Part shown: positions 62,506 through 64,000 of the stretch, piece after piece | Position numbering within the stretch: position 1 is the stretch's first letter | Layout: every line of letters begins with the position of its first letter | Origin: Deltaproteobacteria bacterium | GTDB taxonomy: Bacteria; Desulfobacterota; Desulfuromonadia; Desulfuromonadales; JAAYDE01 | Assembly: GCA_016926265.1 (NCBI GenBank) | Contig: JAFGOW010000038.1 | Location: forward strand, 12,964 to 76,963 | Direction of reading: 5' to 3' | DNA: 64,000 nt | Notes under the pieces: generated by a model | What the model saw: only the letters and a program-made list of their open reading frames with translations | Told to the model about the DNA's origin: nothing | Database searches by the model: none | Translations under genes and position numbers: made by a program

Positions 62506-64000
62506 CTATTCCGAAAGCGGCGGAAAGGAATTTTCTCCCAAATCGATCCAGTGGATGGTTTCCGACCCCAGGGTTTCCTGCAAATCTGAGGCGTTTCCAC
62601 TGGTGGCGGCAATGATTTGATGGACCGTCGGATCCAGTTTGGAGAGATGGCGGATGAAGACCTTGAGGTTTTCCTTCCCGACATTTTGCTGAGCCGGTTC
62701 GTCGAGCACCAGAAAACCCGGATGGTTGCAGTTGAAAAAAGTGGCAGTTTCCAACAGCGCGATATGGTAGGCCCAAATCAGACGAACATGATCACTCCCC
62801 GAAAGATCGGAGGAGAGGTCGAAATTGTCGAGGATGGGCTGATAACTATCCAGAGAGAGCTTCAATTTTTTAAGATGAAGCCCGGTAAAACCGAAGAGAC
62901 GGGCTTTTTCGAAAAACAGGGTTAAAAATTTTTTTAGTTTTTCCTTGTCCTGGGTGGAATGACATTCCTTTTGGAAACGGGCCTGCTCGCTAAGCAATTC
63001 CTTCCAACGTTTGGATAACTTGGTTATTTCGGCATTTTTTTTGTCAATCTTCTCAATCAGGGAGACGAATTTGAGGATCGTTTCTTCCTTTTTTGTCAAA
63101 TCCGTGGACCGTTGATTTGGTTCTTCCCCCTCTTCGATATTCAATTCTTTCCGAAGACGGAACAGTTGTTTCTTCAACTCGGATACCTTGAATTTTTTTT
63201 CTTCGAACACCTTCCCGCGATCCTGTAAATCCCGGTATGCCCGTTTGTAAAGAAGCTGCGCTGCCTGCCTTTGCTCTTGAAGATCAGCTTTTTTTTGATT
63301 TAAAAGATTCATTTGGCTGGATTTTCCGGTGCGCACCGGGTCATATTCGGTCAAACCCCCTCCAAATGACCCCAGGGCGCTGGGGAAAAGGGATTCCAGG
63401 GTGGTTTCAAAACAATCCTCATCGGTTTTTTCATGGAAGGATTCAATCTCGCGGTCGAATTTCTCCACCCTGTCCTGCAAAAATTTGATGTTTTCGCGGT
63501 GTTCGAAATATTCATCCCGAATTTCGGTCAGGGCCGCCTGCTCCCTGGAAAATTCTTTTTCCAGCCTTTTCAGCTCGTTGAACAGACCAGGGGAGGAGAT
63601 GTTCTCCAGGCTGTTTTCTCTCGCCATTTTCAGGGCCGTGTGTTCTTCGCGCAGGAAAGAAACCATTTCCCGCAAGGGGACCCAACCGTTCTGGCGAGGG
63701 ACCAAAACACCGGGGTACCTCCCCCCCTCAAAAGAAAGAATCGGCTTGGCAGGAAAATTGTGAACCCCCCCACCGGCATCGGTGGCCATCTTTTTGAAAA
63801 AGGCTTCCAGCTCAGCCCACTCCCTTTTAAGGTCGTTCATCCCTTGCAGAAGTTGGCGTTTTTTTCTTGCAATTTCAGCAACATCCAGACAAAGAAGGAA
63901 TTCAAAGGCTGAACTGCCGGGATGTTGAACTCCGTGACTTTGTTCAATCCGGGTTGGGAAATCGCGCCAACCGGACCGCTGGTCGATAAAAAACAGCGGA
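62506..64000 (-). CDS. Coiled-coil ABC/SMC-like ATPase, C-terminal part only (5' end outside the window)
   Basis: The frame stays open from 63840 to the window edge in my own translation: ...FFIDQRSGWRDFPTRIEQSHGVQHPGSSAFEFLLCLDVAEIARKKRQLLQG-MNDLK. A long Glu/Lys/Leu-rich region is followed by the signature-like LSGSDHVRL, the Walker B/D-loop GFLVLDEPAQQ, and HQIIAATS. AT-rich relative to neighbours. Confidence 0.6.
   Translation of the reverse strand, partial: PLFFIDQRSGWRDFPTRIEQSHGVQHPGSSAFEFLLCLDVAEIARKKRQLLQGMNDLKREWAELEAFFKKMATDAGGGVHNFPAKPILSFEGGRYPGVLVPRQNGWVPLREMVSFLREEHTALKMARENSLENISSPGLFNELKRLEKEFSREQAALTEIRDEYFEHRENIKFLQDRVEKFDREIESFHEKTDEDCFETTLESLFPSALGSFGGGLTEYDPVRTGKSSQMNLLNQKKADLQEQRQAAQLLYKRAYRDLQDRGKVFEEKKFKVSELKKQLFRLRKELNIEEGEEPNQRSTDLTKKEETILKFVSLIEKIDKKNAEITKLSKRWKELLSEQARFQKECHSTQDKEKLKKFLTLFFEKARLFGFTGLHLKKLKLSLDSYQPILDNFDLSSDLSGSDHVRLIWAYHIALLETATFFNCNHPGFLVLDEPAQQNVGKENLKVFIRHLSKLDPTVHQIIAATSGNASDLQETLGSETIHWIDLGENSFPPLSE

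Overview
This is a moderately GC-rich bacterial chromosomal window, packed almost end to end with genes, most of them core housekeeping. The order pyrR-pyrB-pyrC-carA-carB-greA-recG, the lepA-lepB pair, a fused transaldolase/glucose-6-phosphate isomerase and an EfpL-type EF-P paralog recall Desulfuromonadales/Geobacter-like bacteria. That placement is inference from remembered synteny; no search was run.

Content from left to right:
- a partial LivK-like binding protein
- vanZ-recC-recB-recD, all joined by 4-nt overlaps
- a tal/pgi fusion, a sensor GGDEF cyclase and transketolase
- a GTPase plus polytopic membrane protein pair (DUF3482/DUF2868-like)
- tRNA-Leu(CAG), trmL and small hypotheticals
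- a DASS transporter
- a membrane metallophosphoesterase split by one in-frame TGA
- efpL, gltX, amrB, a TauE exporter and tRNA-Cys(GCA)
- a short secretin-like protein, an M23 peptidase, csp and a DUF882/M15 peptidase
- a 1.6-kb repeat-bounded insert carrying an RHH cassette
- recG, greA and the pyrimidine operon with a PyrR attenuator
- lepB/lepA, an acyl-CoA synthetase and an Fe-S protein
- a hemerythrin plus a stand-alone LigD phosphoesterase domain
- an epimerase, HtrA, an MBL hydrolase, bcp and queE-queD-yacG
- an AT-rich orphan three-gene patch
- a CDF transporter and a macro-domain protein
- the 3' part of an AT-rich coiled-coil ABC/SMC-like ATPase that runs off the right edge

I saw no rRNA, CRISPR array, transposase or integrase.

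On the hunt, no complete and obviously novel multi-gene system is visible. The best leads are:
1. the direct-repeat-bounded 32.8-34.4 kb insert, with the overlapping orfA-RHH-orfC cassette and dense short repeats
2. the truncated, foreign-looking ABC/SMC-like ATPase at 62.5-64.0 kb, whose partner genes lie outside the window
3. the uncharacterised GTPase/membrane pair at 16.9-19.9 kb
4. the AT-rich orphan patch at 58.9-60.8 kb

Compositional statements are by-eye impressions, not computed values. Coordinates of non-ORF features were read by hand and may be off by a nucleotide or two.
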